Below are positions 1 through 8,999 of a stretch of DNA of 64,000 nt, one piece after another; within the stretch, counting starts at the first letter, position 1, and every line of letters begins with the position of its first letter. The position numbers and the translations under genes are program-made. A model generated the notes under the pieces. That model searched no databases, was not told where the DNA came from, and saw only the letters and a program-made list of their open reading frames with translations. The stretch comes from Candidatus Firestoneibacteriota bacterium (GTDB taxonomy: Bacteria > Oederibacteriota > D2-FULL-39-29 > CAIOVX01). The DNA is taken from NCBI GenBank assembly GCA_903894145.1, contig CAITPB010000195.1, positions 3,607-67,606 of the forward strand, read 5' to 3'.

Positions 1-773
1 ACTTCCCTGTTTCCTACGGCGTATCCTAACCGCCAGCCGGTCATGTTGAAGGTTTTGGAGAAAGAATGAAACTCAATGCCGACATCTTTGGCACCTTCAA
101 TTTGCATGAAAGAGAGCGGCCTTTGCCCGTCGTAATAAACTTCGGAATAGGCGGCGTCATGACAAACTATTATGCCGTGCTTTTTGGCTAATTCAACGGT
201 GTCCAAAAAGAATTTACGCGTTGCAACCGCGGCCGTTGGGTTATTGGGATAGTTTATGAAAAGGAGTTTGGCCCTCTTTAAGATATCCGCCGGGATTTTC
301 GTGTAATCAGGCATGAAACCATTTTCTTCGAGAAGCGGCATGAAATAAGGTTCACCTTCAGCGAAAATTGTTCCGGCATTATAGACCGGATAGCCTGGAT
401 CAGGACAAAGCACCACATCCCCGGGATTTATAAACGCCAGATGAATGTGCCCTATGCCTTCCTTGGAGCCTATAAGCGCCATTGTTTCACATGAAGGTTC
501 TAGCGTTACATTGTATCTTTCTTTATACCATTCCGACACTGCTTTTTTAAAATCAAGCAGGCCGCTTCCCAGCGGGTACTGGTGATTCTCGGGTTTATAT
601 ATCTCGCCGGCCATTTCATCAATTATGGGCTTTAATGTGGGCAGGTCAGGATCCCCGATACCAAGGTTAATAATGTCTACTCCGTCAGCGAGGGCTTTCT
701 TCTTCATCTTATCAATTTCAATAAACAGATAAGGCGGCAGTTTCTTTAATTTGTCAGACAATTCAATCTTCAC
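1..773 (-). CDS. dapL: LL-diaminopimelate aminotransferase-like class I/II aminotransferase (N-terminal ~257 aa only; C-terminus lies beyond the window start)
   Basis: Missed by the ORF track because it starts with GTG (771-773 on minus strand) 5 nt after an AAGGAGAG RBS. My translation gives VKIELSDKLKKLPPYLFIEIDKMKK...INLGIGDPDLP...NPTAAVATRKFF...HSFSKTFNMTGWRLGYAVGN. This fits DapL/AGD2-type motifs (LPxYLF, LGIGDP, SFSK-x5-GWRLG). It lies co-directionally downstream of dapB. Confidence 0.6.
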   Translation of the reverse strand, partial: MKIELSDKLKKLPPYLFIEIDKMKKKALADGVDIINLGIGDPDLPTLKPIIDEMAGEIYKPENHQYPLGSGLLDFKKAVSEWYKERYNVTLEPSCETMALIGSKEGIGHIHLAFINPGDVVLCPDPGYPVYNAGTIFAEGEPYFMPLLEENGFMPDYTKIPADILKRAKLLFINYPNNPTAAVATRKFFLDTVELAKKHGIIVCHDAAYSEVYYDGQRPLSFMQIEGAKDVGIEFHSFSKTFNMTGWRLGYAVGNRE

Positions 774-991
774 TTTCTCTCCTTGTCGGTTTTACGTTAT
801 GAGCTTTATCCACCTTATGAACCTTACAAACTTTACAAACCTATGAACTTTTCAATTTCGTTATGCCGAAGAATACCCGCCATTAATGGCGAGGATGTCC
901 GCCAAAGGCGGATCCGCCTCCGGCGGAAATTCGGTATGAATTATATCTTTACCAACCGAAACAAAAACTCGGGCCTTCAGGCCGAAGTATT
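774..991 (-). promoter_or_regulatory. 218-nt dapB-dapL intergenic leader with three small GC hairpins and TATGAAC/TTACAAAC direct repeats
   Basis: cgccattaatggcg (878-891), ccgcc-aaa-ggcgg (899-911) and ccgcc-tcc-ggcgg (914-926) are seen directly. TATGAAC occurs at 816-822 and 842-848, flanking TTACAAAC x2 (824-840). TATAAT is on the minus strand at 940-945. No L-box signature. Confidence 0.35.
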
Positions 992-1798
992 TTATTTTAT
1001 TTGTAATACATCCTGCATATCATAAATCCCGGCAGCCTTTCCCTGCAGGAATCTTGCGGCTATTACAGCGCCTTTCGCGAAAGTCTCACGGCTGTGCGCC
1101 TTGTGCGTAAGTTCCAGGCGTTCACCCAGGGCGCCAAAGGTTACAGTGTGATCTCCGACCACATCTCCGGCGCGAAGCGCAAAAACCCCGATGGCGTCTT
1201 TGGAGCGCTCTCCTGTTTGTCCTTCGCGTCCTGAAACCATAACCTTCTTCAAATCCAAGCCTTTTTCGTCTGCAATTACCTGGGCCAGCTTCATCGCAGT
1301 GCCGGAGGGCGCGTCTTTCTTGAACCTGTGGTGTGTCTCCACTATTTCAATATCAAAATCCTTGTCCTTAAGAGCTGCGGCAGCCTCTTTGACTAGTTTG
1401 AAAAGCAGATTCACGCCTACGCTCATATTGGCTGAGAGAACTATTGCTGTTTTCTTCGCTAAAGACGCTATTTCGGCTTTTTGGGCGTCGTTGAAACCTG
1501 TTGTTCCAATAACTATCCCTTTCTTAGCCGAAGAACATAGCGCGGCGCTCTGCAGCGTATTTTCAATACTGCTGAAATCAATTATTACGTCGCAAGCTGA
1601 TATTACTTTGGCAAGATCAGAGGAAATATTTGCTCCGAGTTTACCGCACCCGGCCTGCTCTCCCGCATCTATTCCAATTTTAGGATTTCCGGCAAACTCA
1701 ACGGCCGCCGAAAGTTTCAAGTCGGACTGAGAAGCAATCTGCCTGATTATCATGCAACCCATTCTGCCGGCAGCGCCACAAACTCCTATTTTGAGCAT
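992..1798 (-). CDS. dapB: 4-hydroxy-tetrahydrodipicolinate reductase
   Basis: 268 aa. N-terminal MLKIGVCGAAGRMG Rossmann motif. EIVETHHRFKKDAPSGTA motif typical of DapB. GGAGA RBS 7 nt upstream. Confidence 0.9.
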   Translation of the reverse strand: MLKIGVCGAAGRMGCMIIRQIASQSDLKLSAAVEFAGNPKIGIDAGEQAGCGKLGANISSDLAKVISACDVIIDFSSIENTLQSAALCSSAKKGIVIGTTGFNDAQKAEIASLAKKTAIVLSANMSVGVNLLFKLVKEAAAALKDKDFDIEIVETHHRFKKDAPSGTAMKLAQVIADEKGLDLKKVMVSGREGQTGERSKDAIGVFALRAGDVVGDHTVTFGALGERLELTHKAHSRETFAKGAVIAARFLQGKAAGIYDMQDVLQIK

Positions 1799-1829
1799 AA
1801 GATCTCCATTGAACCGGCTTTGTTCCGGA

Positions 1830-2702
1830 TTAAATCAGTTTCATCTGCCTGAGGACATCCGCCAGCAACTTTTCATTATTTTCTTCCATAGCGCACATCG
1901 GCAGCCTCATTTCACCTGTATCCAGACCGGCCAGTTTCATCGCAGTTTTGATCGGAATTGGATTAGTCTCGACAAACGCCGCTTTCATTAGCGGTAGCAG
2001 CGCGTAGTGCAGCGTCAACGCTTTCTTATGGTCGCCTGAGGCATAAGCCGAAGTCATTTCAGCCACTTGCTTCGGCGCAAGATTGGATATTACGGAGATA
2101 ACGCCCCTTCCTCCGACCGACATCATCGGAAGGCAAAGCACATCGTCTCCTGACAGGACATCAAATTGTATTCCGCACGCGCGTATTATCTGGCTGACCG
2201 AATCCAAACTGCCCGCGGCCTCTTTTACGCCGACAATATTCTTTAGTTTTGCCAGGTTGGCCATAGTCTGAGCTTCAATGGTCACGCCGCATCTGCCCGG
2301 AATGTTATAGAGGATTACGGGAATATCAACTTTTTCAGCAATTGTCTTAAAATGCAGATAAAGCCCTTTTTGCGTCGGTTTGTTGTAATACGGGCTTACT
2401 ATCAGCGCCGCGTCGGCTCCGGCTTTTTTTGCGTGCGCGGTCAGCTCCAGCGCCTCTTCTGTGCTGTTGCTTCCCGTACCAGCTATTACAGGCACCCTTT
2501 TAGCGGCTGATTTTATAACTATCTCTATTACCCTTTTGTGTTCTTCGTGCGAAAGAGTAGGAGATTCGCCGGTTGTGCCGCAAGGCACCAAACCGTTTAT
2601 GCCGCTCTTAATCTGAAATTCGACATTTTCGACCAGCCTCTTTTCATCAACCTTTCCGTTCTTGAAAGGCGTTATTAAAGCTGTTATAGCTCCCTTAAAC
2701 AT
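1830..2702 (-). CDS. dapA: 4-hydroxy-tetrahydrodipicolinate synthase
   Basis: 290 aa. ITALITPF...GLVPCGTTGESPTLS...YNIPGRCG motifs of the DapA/NAL family. AGGAGG RBS. Confidence 0.9.
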   Translation of the reverse strand: MFKGAITALITPFKNGKVDEKRLVENVEFQIKSGINGLVPCGTTGESPTLSHEEHKRVIEIVIKSAAKRVPVIAGTGSNSTEEALELTAHAKKAGADAALIVSPYYNKPTQKGLYLHFKTIAEKVDIPVILYNIPGRCGVTIEAQTMANLAKLKNIVGVKEAAGSLDSVSQIIRACGIQFDVLSGDDVLCLPMMSVGGRGVISVISNLAPKQVAEMTSAYASGDHKKALTLHYALLPLMKAAFVETNPIPIKTAMKLAGLDTGEMRLPMCAMEENNEKLLADVLRQMKLI

Positions 2703-2731
2703 TTACTTCCTCCTTGTAAAGCAGCAGGAAC

Positions 2732-3526
2732 TTAATAATAGAGTGTCCCTTCGCAAATCATTTTTACACCGCCGGACATAAACAGGTGTCCGTTCTTATC
2801 CATGTCTATCCGCAATAGTTCCCCGCCTGAAGTAACTACCGTAGTCGGGAACTCTGTTTTCCCGAGCATATTGGAAATTAGCGCTGCAGCTGTTGCGCCT
2901 GTTCCACAGGCAAGCGTCTCGCCTTCGACCCCACGCTCGTAAGTCCTGACTTTTAAGCGCTTCTTTCCGAGCACCTTTACAAAGTTAGCATTGGCTCCCT
3001 TCTTTCCAAAGGACTTGTGAAAGCGTATCTCCCTGCCGGTATTATTCACATCCGGCGAGCCGTCGAAAACAATAGCGTGAGGGACGCCGGTATTAACATG
3101 ACAGGCAGTATACTTCTTATCCCTGGTCTTTAGGGCGATATCCAGCCGCAGGTCCGAAGGCAGCCCCATGTTCACGGTTACATTGTCAGGCCCTTCAACT
3201 GTAATATGCTTGATTCCTGATGGAGTATCAACTGAAAGCCGCCTGCCCGCAATTCCCTCTTTATGAGCCAAGTACGCGATACACCTTACGGCGTTTCCGC
3301 ACATATCCGCTTCTGAACCATCGGCGTTTATCAGGCGCATCATAAAAGCCGAACCTTTATTGATTGGCTTTTCTATGAAAGCAACACCGTCGGCGCCTAC
3401 AGACATCTTCCTGTTGCAGGCCTCTATTCCGAAAGCTCTTCTGTCTTCTATTTTGCAAGAACGGTTGTCGACAATCACAAAATCATTGCCGGCTCCGGTC
3501 ATCTTTACGAATTTAATCCTATTCAT
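2732..3526 (-). CDS. dapF: diaminopimelate epimerase
   Basis: FVKMTGAGNDFVIVDN and CGNAVRC / ACGTGATAAA catalytic-cysteine motifs. Start placed at MNRIK (3526), which forms an ATGA overlap with the lysA stop. The ORF-track alternative start is 3544. Confidence 0.85.
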   Translation of the reverse strand: MNRIKFVKMTGAGNDFVIVDNRSCKIEDRRAFGIEACNRKMSVGADGVAFIEKPINKGSAFMMRLINADGSEADMCGNAVRCIAYLAHKEGIAGRRLSVDTPSGIKHITVEGPDNVTVNMGLPSDLRLDIALKTRDKKYTACHVNTGVPHAIVFDGSPDVNNTGREIRFHKSFGKKGANANFVKVLGKKRLKVRTYERGVEGETLACGTGATAAALISNMLGKTEFPTTVVTSGGELLRIDMDKNGHLFMSGGVKMICEGTLYY

Positions 3527-4776
3527 AGGCACCCGGGTACGCATTCCCCGCGCGTGAGGTCCTCATAAGTCTCCCTCTTTCTGACCACGAAGAACTTATT
3601 TCCTTTAACCAGCACTTCCGCCGGCTTGCGCCTTGAGTTGTAATTTGATGCCATGCTGAACCCGTAGGCTCCGGCGCTCATAACCGCCAAATATTGACCC
3701 TCTCTGAGTATTGGCACTAACCTGTTCTTGCCGAAAAAGTCTCCCGATTCGCAAATAGGGCCGACAATATCCGCCTTCATTTTACCGGACGCAGGCTGCG
3801 CAGGGATTATGTTATGATACGCGTCGTAAAGGCTCGGCCTGATTAAGTCATTCATTCCTGCATCAACTATTACAAAGTTTTTGTTTTCACCCTTTTTAAT
3901 ATAGGTTACTTTCGCAAGCAATATCCCTGCATTGCCCGCTATAAACCTTCCGGGTTCCATTATAACTCTGACACCAAGCGGTCTTATGACGGGCAGAATC
4001 TTCTCTGCGAATTCAGCAGGGGTAGACGGTTTTTCATTGGAATAAATGATGCCAAGACCGCCGCCTATATTTAAGGAAGTAATAATGAGCCCGGACTCCC
4101 TTAGTTTTGAGATCAAAACCGCTATTTTCTTTAGCGCCTCCACATAAGCTCCGGTCTTTGTAATCTGGGATCCTATGTGAATATGAACGCCCGTAACGTT
4201 TAAGTTTTTGAGCTTTTTGTGCGCTCTAATAAAAAGCCCGGCTGCCAGGCTTATATTTATACCGAACTTATTTTCCTTCTTGCCTGTGGTTATATAATGA
4301 TGCGTGTCAGGATCTACATCCGGATTAACTCTGAAAGCGACATTCGCCTTCTTGCAGAGTTTCCCAGCGATGCTGTTTATACGCTCTGCCTCCGGCATAG
4401 ACTCAATGTTAAACATTGAGACGCCTTTCTTGAGCGCAGCTTCTATCTCCTCCGAAGTCTTGCCAACTCCGGCATAAACAATCTTACCGGCGGGAATGCC
4501 TGCTCTAAGAGCCCTGAACAACTCACCGCCGGAAACTATGTCAGCGCCGGAGCCCAATTTCGCAAGGCTGTTTATAACAGCCATGCTTGAGTTGGCTTTC
4601 AAGGAATAACATATGAGATGCTCTGTTCCTGAGAAAGCCGCGTCTATCTTCAGGTAATGCTCTGCCAGTGTCCTGTGACTATAGATGTAAACAGGAGTTC
4701 CTGTTTTCTTGGCTATGTCAACCGTTCTGACGCCTTCGCACCAGAGCCAGCCTTTCTTAATTGCAAAATAGTGCAT
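3523..4776 (-). CDS. lysA: diaminopimelate decarboxylase
   Basis: 417 aa fold-III PLP decarboxylase. YSLKANS, GGGLGI and ICESGD motifs. GGAG RBS 8 nt upstream. Confidence 0.9.
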   Translation of the reverse strand: MHYFAIKKGWLWCEGVRTVDIAKKTGTPVYIYSHRTLAEHYLKIDAAFSGTEHLICYSLKANSSMAVINSLAKLGSGADIVSGGELFRALRAGIPAGKIVYAGVGKTSEEIEAALKKGVSMFNIESMPEAERINSIAGKLCKKANVAFRVNPDVDPDTHHYITTGKKENKFGINISLAAGLFIRAHKKLKNLNVTGVHIHIGSQITKTGAYVEALKKIAVLISKLRESGLIITSLNIGGGLGIIYSNEKPSTPAEFAEKILPVIRPLGVRVIMEPGRFIAGNAGILLAKVTYIKKGENKNFVIVDAGMNDLIRPSLYDAYHNIIPAQPASGKMKADIVGPICESGDFFGKNRLVPILREGQYLAVMSAGAYGFSMASNYNSRRKPAEVLVKGNKFFVVRKRETYEDLTRGECVPGCL

Positions 4777-4840
4777 TCATTTTACTCCGGCAAATAGAGT
4801 TTTAGCGCGCATAAAACACGAAAAACTTAACACATGAATC

Positions 4841-4869
4841 ATGTTAACATTTATGGAATATCTTGTCAA
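4841..4869 (-). promoter_or_regulatory. candidate sigma70 promoter for the lysA-dapF-dapA-dapB(-dapL) operon
   Basis: On the minus strand, TTGACA (plus 4864-4869), a 17-nt spacer, then TAACAT (plus 4841-4846). The -10 lies inside the perfect palindrome ATGTTAACAT (4841-4850). Confidence 0.3.
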
Positions 4870-4892
4870 TTATAGTAAGGGGCAAAGGATAA

Positions 4893-5885
4893 TCAGTGAT
4901 CGCTCGCGCCCGGCTTGATAGCGCAGGAAACGCCCTTATCCAGAGGTTCCTCCCTGCATTCCGAGCATTCAAATTGCAAAGTAACATACTCAATATTGTA
5001 TTCCGCTTTCAATCTGTTGCGGACCAGTTCTGAAAGGCCCTCGGTATCGGAGATATTCATATTATTGACTCTTACGTGCGCGGCAAGAGCGTAAACATTT
5101 GAACTGATAGCCCAGAAATGCACATGGTGCACCTCTAGAGCGCCTGCAACCGCCATAATTTCTTCTTTTACAGTATCAAGATTAACAGATTTTGGAACGG
5201 ATTCAAGCAGTACGTCTACAGACTCTTTTACCAAACCGTAAGCGCCTTTCAATATTACGGCAGCCATCACCATGCTGACGATAGGATCCGCGAGCTCCCA
5301 TTTAGTAAAGTAAATAATGAATCCGGCTATAATCACTCCTACCGAAGAGAGCGCGTCTCCGACGATGTGAAGAAAGGCCCCTCTCGCGTTTATGTTGTGA
5401 TGGGAATCTCCGTGAAGCAGGAGTCCCGATGCAATATTTGAAATAAGGCCGATAAACGCGATAATAATCATCGGAACGCTTTTGACGTTCTCAGGGGTTC
5501 CAAATCTTCTGATAGCTTCATAGAAGATAAAGCCGGAAAGGGCAAAAAGCGTCGCGCCGTTTAAAAGAGCTGCCAGTATTTCAACTCTGTAGAACCCGAA
5601 AGTGTTCCTGGATGTTGGAGCCCGCTGTGAGAGTTTGATAGCGGCGAAACTTAGAACCAGCGAGGCTATATCAATAAACATATGTCCGGCATCAGATACC
5701 AGGGCAAGGCTGTGAGTAAGAATACCGCCGATCAGTTCCGCTATAAATATTATGGCGGTGATGGCGGTTGCAATCAGGAGATTCTTTGCAATTGCTCCCC
5801 TTGAAATAACACGGGCATGGCCTTGGTGGCCATGCCCGTTATGTTCATGCTCTGCGGTCATTTTGCGTTCCGTAAGGCTTTTCAA
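4893..5885 (-). CDS. cation diffusion facilitator family transporter (CzcD/ZitB-like) with His-rich N-terminus
   Basis: 330 aa. HEHNGHGHQGH N-terminus. Six TM segments. HSLALVSDAGHMFID and HIVGD motifs. C-terminal cytoplasmic domain. Confidence 0.85.
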   Translation of the reverse strand: MKSLTERKMTAEHEHNGHGHQGHARVISRGAIAKNLLIATAITAIIFIAELIGGILTHSLALVSDAGHMFIDIASLVLSFAAIKLSQRAPTSRNTFGFYRVEILAALLNGATLFALSGFIFYEAIRRFGTPENVKSVPMIIIAFIGLISNIASGLLLHGDSHHNINARGAFLHIVGDALSSVGVIIAGFIIYFTKWELADPIVSMVMAAVILKGAYGLVKESVDVLLESVPKSVNLDTVKEEIMAVAGALEVHHVHFWAISSNVYALAAHVRVNNMNISDTEGLSELVRNRLKAEYNIEYVTLQFECSECREEPLDKGVSCAIKPGASDH

Positions 5886-5888
5886 TAG

Positions 5889-6791
5889 CTACTTAGCGGC
5901 TTCTACTTTAAACTTCGCAAAATTGCTGTTCGCAATTTCCTGAATCAGCTTGATCTGCTCTGCGCCGGCTGCGTCACGGAAAAGATGTTTAAATCTTGCC
6001 TGCGGTTTGAGATATTCTTCGACCGGTTTCTGTTTCACGGTCATGGCCGTGGCAAGTTTGCCGTCAACATACTCGAAAATAGGGTTCAAGCCGGTTTCAA
6101 CCGCGAGCTTAGACATTGAAATAGTGTCTGAAGTCGCGTGTCCCCATCCAAGCGGGCAGGGCACAAGAATCTGCAAGTACCTGGGGCCTTTAAATTCCAT
6201 GGCCTTCTTAACTTTTCTCTCCAGGTCTTTCGGATAACCTACGGTCGCAGTCGCCACATAAGGAAGCCCGTGCGCTACCGCTATCGCGGGTATATTCTTT
6301 TTCTGTTTCATATTGCCGAGAGACGCTTTGCCGGCAGGTGAAGTGGAAGTGTGCCCTTTGAAAGGCGTAAGACCGCTTCTCTGTATGCCGGTGTTCATGT
6401 AGGCTTCGTTGTCATAGCAGATGTAAAGAACATCGTCGTATCTTTCCCACATCCCGCTGATTCCGCCGAACCCTATGTCTGCCGAGGCACCGTCTCCGCC
6501 CCACGCTATAACTCTGGCTTCATCTCCTCTGCCAAGCGCGCGAAGCGCGGCTTCTACGCCGGTCGCTACCGCAGCCTGGTTCTCGAAGAGCGAGTGAATC
6601 CATGGGATTCCCCACGCCGTCTGAGGAGACCTTGTGGTGAAAACTTCAAGGCAGCCAGTGGCGTTAACTACTATGACCTTTGGGCCTGTTGCCTGAAGGA
6701 CGAGTCTTGCCGCGAGGGCAAGCCCGCATCCCGCGCAGGCAGTATGACCGCTGTTGAACAATTTCACATTTTCGGCTGTTTGCGTTGTCAT
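5889..6791 (-). CDS. porB: pyruvate/2-oxoacid:ferredoxin oxidoreductase beta (TPP-binding) subunit
   Basis: HTACAGCG plus GDG-x-N thiamine-PP motifs. Start set at MTTQTAENV (6791), which gives an ATGA overlap with the porA stop and sits after a GGAGGAG RBS. The track start 6845 would overlap porA by 58 nt. Confidence 0.8.
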   Translation of the reverse strand: MTTQTAENVKLFNSGHTACAGCGLALAARLVLQATGPKVIVVNATGCLEVFTTRSPQTAWGIPWIHSLFENQAAVATGVEAALRALGRGDEARVIAWGGDGASADIGFGGISGMWERYDDVLYICYDNEAYMNTGIQRSGLTPFKGHTSTSPAGKASLGNMKQKKNIPAIAVAHGLPYVATATVGYPKDLERKVKKAMEFKGPRYLQILVPCPLGWGHATSDTISMSKLAVETGLNPIFEYVDGKLATAMTVKQKPVEEYLKPQARFKHLFRDAAGAEQIKLIQEIANSNFAKFKVEAAK

Positions 6792-7966
6792 TTGTCCATC
6801 TCCTCCACGAGCTTTTTGTCGAGTCCGATAAATTCGGTCTCGCAAACGCCCTTCTCCGCCTTTTCTACGAGTTCAAAGATGTGTTCCTGCTTAACATCTC
6901 TGCCTCCAAGGCCTATGATAAAGTTGCTTACTTCCGGCTTATTCGCGTTTGAGTAAATAGCGGATTTCAACTCCGCTGCGAGTATGCCGGGGCCGCCTAG
7001 AGATATGGCTTTCTCAACGCAGATAACCCGTTTGCATTTACCAAGCGCTTTCTTAATTTCTGCGGCGGGATAGGGGCGAAGTATTCTTATCTTTAACACT
7101 CCGATTTTCTTCCCTTTCTCGCGCATTGTGTCGACCGCTTCCTTAAGGTCGCTGATAGTGGAGCCCATGGAAACAAGGACGGTTTCCGCGTCTTCCATGC
7201 GGTACTCTTCTATCATTCCACCGGAATATCTTCCAAACATCTTCTTGAAATCATCTGCAGCTTTAAGAATTACCGGCGTGATGGATTTAAAAGTCTCCGC
7301 CATCGCATACCTGGTCTCCAGGTACCTGTCCGGACCGCCCATGAGTCCAAAGGACCTCGGGTTGTTGGCAGAAAGGAAATCAAGAGGTTTGTATTTCGGC
7401 AGGTACTTGTCTACATCCGCCTGCGAAGGGAAATCAATGGGATCAAACGCATGGGTAAGTATGAACCCGTCCATATTTACCATAACCGGCAGCTGGACAT
7501 CCGGGTCTTCTGCAATCTTGAACGCCTGGTAATGCATGTCGCAGCAATCCTGGTTGTCTTCCGCGTACATCATGATTAAACCGGCATCGCGGACAGTTAT
7601 CGCGTCCTGCCAGTCGCTCCAAATGTTGATAGGAGCGGATACAGCCCTGTTCGCGTCGGTGATGACCACGGGCAGTCTCATTCCGGCCATATTGTAGAGT
7701 ACTTCCATCATCAAAAGCAATCCCTGCGAGGAAGTCGCCGTGTAAGCCCTTGCTCCGGCAGCCGAAGCTCCGAGTACGGTTGACGCCGCCGAGAATTCGC
7801 TCTCGACGTTGATGAATTCGCATTTCAACTTGCCGTCCGCCACAATCTGCGCCAGTTCCTCGACAATATGCGTCTGAGGAGTAATGGGATAAGCCGAAAT
7901 TACATCCGGCCTGCAGAGGGCTACGGATTCGGCAACTGCTTTCAAGCCTTCCGTTACCTTTTTCAT
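6788..7966 (-). CDS. porA: pyruvate:ferredoxin oxidoreductase alpha subunit
   Basis: MKKVTEGLKAVAESVALCRPDVISAYPITPQTHIVE is a classic PorA N-terminus. Start 7966 overlaps the porD stop (ATGA) after an AAGGAGGAG RBS. Confidence 0.85.
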   Translation of the reverse strand: MKKVTEGLKAVAESVALCRPDVISAYPITPQTHIVEELAQIVADGKLKCEFINVESEFSAASTVLGASAAGARAYTATSSQGLLLMMEVLYNMAGMRLPVVITDANRAVSAPINIWSDWQDAITVRDAGLIMMYAEDNQDCCDMHYQAFKIAEDPDVQLPVMVNMDGFILTHAFDPIDFPSQADVDKYLPKYKPLDFLSANNPRSFGLMGGPDRYLETRYAMAETFKSITPVILKAADDFKKMFGRYSGGMIEEYRMEDAETVLVSMGSTISDLKEAVDTMREKGKKIGVLKIRILRPYPAAEIKKALGKCKRVICVEKAISLGGPGILAAELKSAIYSNANKPEVSNFIIGLGGRDVKQEHIFELVEKAEKGVCETEFIGLDKKLVEEMDK

Positions 7967-8232
7967 TTCTGCTCCTCCTTCATGGTTATGCATTTTACCG
8001 GGCAAACTTTCGCGCAGACGCCGCAGCCCTTGCAATAATCATAATCCGGATCGTACTTCTTGGCTTTGTCTCCGTGAATACAGCCGTCCGGGCACAACAT
8101 CGCGCACATGCCGCAGGCTGTGCATTTCGTTTTATCGTACACAGGCATAAAAACCCTCCAGCTGCCGGTCTTGTTGGCCAGGCTGGTGCCGGGGTTGCCT
8201 ATGAGTATGTTCTTTGCTCTCTTGGCTACCAT
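7963..8232 (-). CDS. porD: pyruvate:ferredoxin oxidoreductase delta subunit (2x[4Fe-4S] ferredoxin)
   Basis: 89 aa. CTACGMCAMLCP and CKGCGVCAKVCP motifs. Confidence 0.85.
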   Translation of the reverse strand: MVAKRAKNILIGNPGTSLANKTGSWRVFMPVYDKTKCTACGMCAMLCPDGCIHGDKAKKYDPDYDYCKGCGVCAKVCPVKCITMKEEQK

Positions 8233-8246
8233 AGCTTCTCCTTTTA

Positions 8247-8786
8247 TCAGTTTTTAAGCATGCTGAAGGTTCTTTCGACAGCCTGCATGTTCTTCTCCAC
8301 AAGCTCTGCCTTGAACCTCTGCTGCATGGCTTTCTTTATTCCGTCCATCGTTACAAGTCCGGTCAACCCGGCAAAAGCTCCGAGCATCACGGTATTGGGA
8401 ATCGGCCTGCCGAGTATCTCGATGGCAATCTTGGTGGCAGGTATTGTCTTGACATTGAATCCCGGTTTTAACTTCAATTCTTCGGGCTTTTTCTCGGTGT
8501 TTATGAGGATTAAACCGCCCTGCTTCAGCCCGGCGAAAACATCAACGGAACCAATAAGCGTCGGGTCCTGCACAATAACATAATCCGGCTCATATATCTG
8601 GGACCTGATCCTGATCTTCTTTTCGGAAATACGGACGAACGAGGCAACAGGCGCGCCCATTCTCTCCGAACCAAAGGTCGGGAAAGCCTGCGTTTCTTTG
8701 CCGTCAAAGAAAGCAGCGGATGCCATGAGCTCTGCAGCGGTAACGACGCCCTGGCCTCCTCTCCCGTGAAGCCTTACTTCTTTCAT
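8247..8786 (-). CDS. porG: pyruvate:ferredoxin oxidoreductase gamma subunit
   Basis: 179 aa. RLHGRGGQGVVTAAELMASAAF is a typical gamma-subunit N-terminus. AGGGGAGG RBS. Confidence 0.85.
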   Translation of the reverse strand: MKEVRLHGRGGQGVVTAAELMASAAFFDGKETQAFPTFGSERMGAPVASFVRISEKKIRIRSQIYEPDYVIVQDPTLIGSVDVFAGLKQGGLILINTEKKPEELKLKPGFNVKTIPATKIAIEILGRPIPNTVMLGAFAGLTGLVTMDGIKKAMQQRFKAELVEKNMQAVERTFSMLKN

Positions 8787-8932
8787 ACCAGCCTCCCCTA
8801 AATGATTTTTTTACTATAAGTCCAATAGGAACAAAATATACTTCGGGTGTCTAGAATGCGTTTTACTGCACGATTTACGGTAGGTTCCTTGGTAAGTCCT
8901 GCCGGAACGGCTGTAAAGTACGGACCTTTTTT

Positions 8933-8961
8933 AGTATAAAAGAAAACACTTAAAAAGTCAA
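8933..8961 (-). promoter_or_regulatory. strong sigma70-type promoter for porGDAB with a ~140-nt 5' leader
   Basis: On the minus strand, TTGACT (plus 8956-8961), a 17-nt spacer, then TATACT (plus 8933-8938). Predicted TSS near 8926. porG ATG is at 8786. Confidence 0.5.
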
Positions 8962-8999
8962 ACTAATACTTAATTTAGCCTTCTTCTTTCGGAAAAAAA

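Noticed and set aside
951-990. GGCC-ttca-GGCC hairpin plus U-run after dapB as an intrinsic terminator
   Set aside because: Only a 4-bp stem. Too weak to call. dapL more likely shares the operon transcript or uses the TATAAT at 940-945.
774-991. Possible lysine (L-box) riboswitch upstream of dapL
   Set aside because: The minus-strand leader lacks the conserved L-box elements (AGAGGNGC, GGAGNAA, CTGTCA junction motifs) and is only about 200 nt of mostly AT-rich repeats. Kept only as unexplained hairpins.
783-1025. 80-aa plus-strand ORF in the dapB-dapL spacer
   Set aside because: Lies in a hairpin and repeat-rich intergenic region. It has no RBS and a low-complexity YELYPPYEPYKLYKP translation derived from the TATGAAC/TTACAAAC repeats. 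It overlaps the dapB 3' end. Treated as non-coding.
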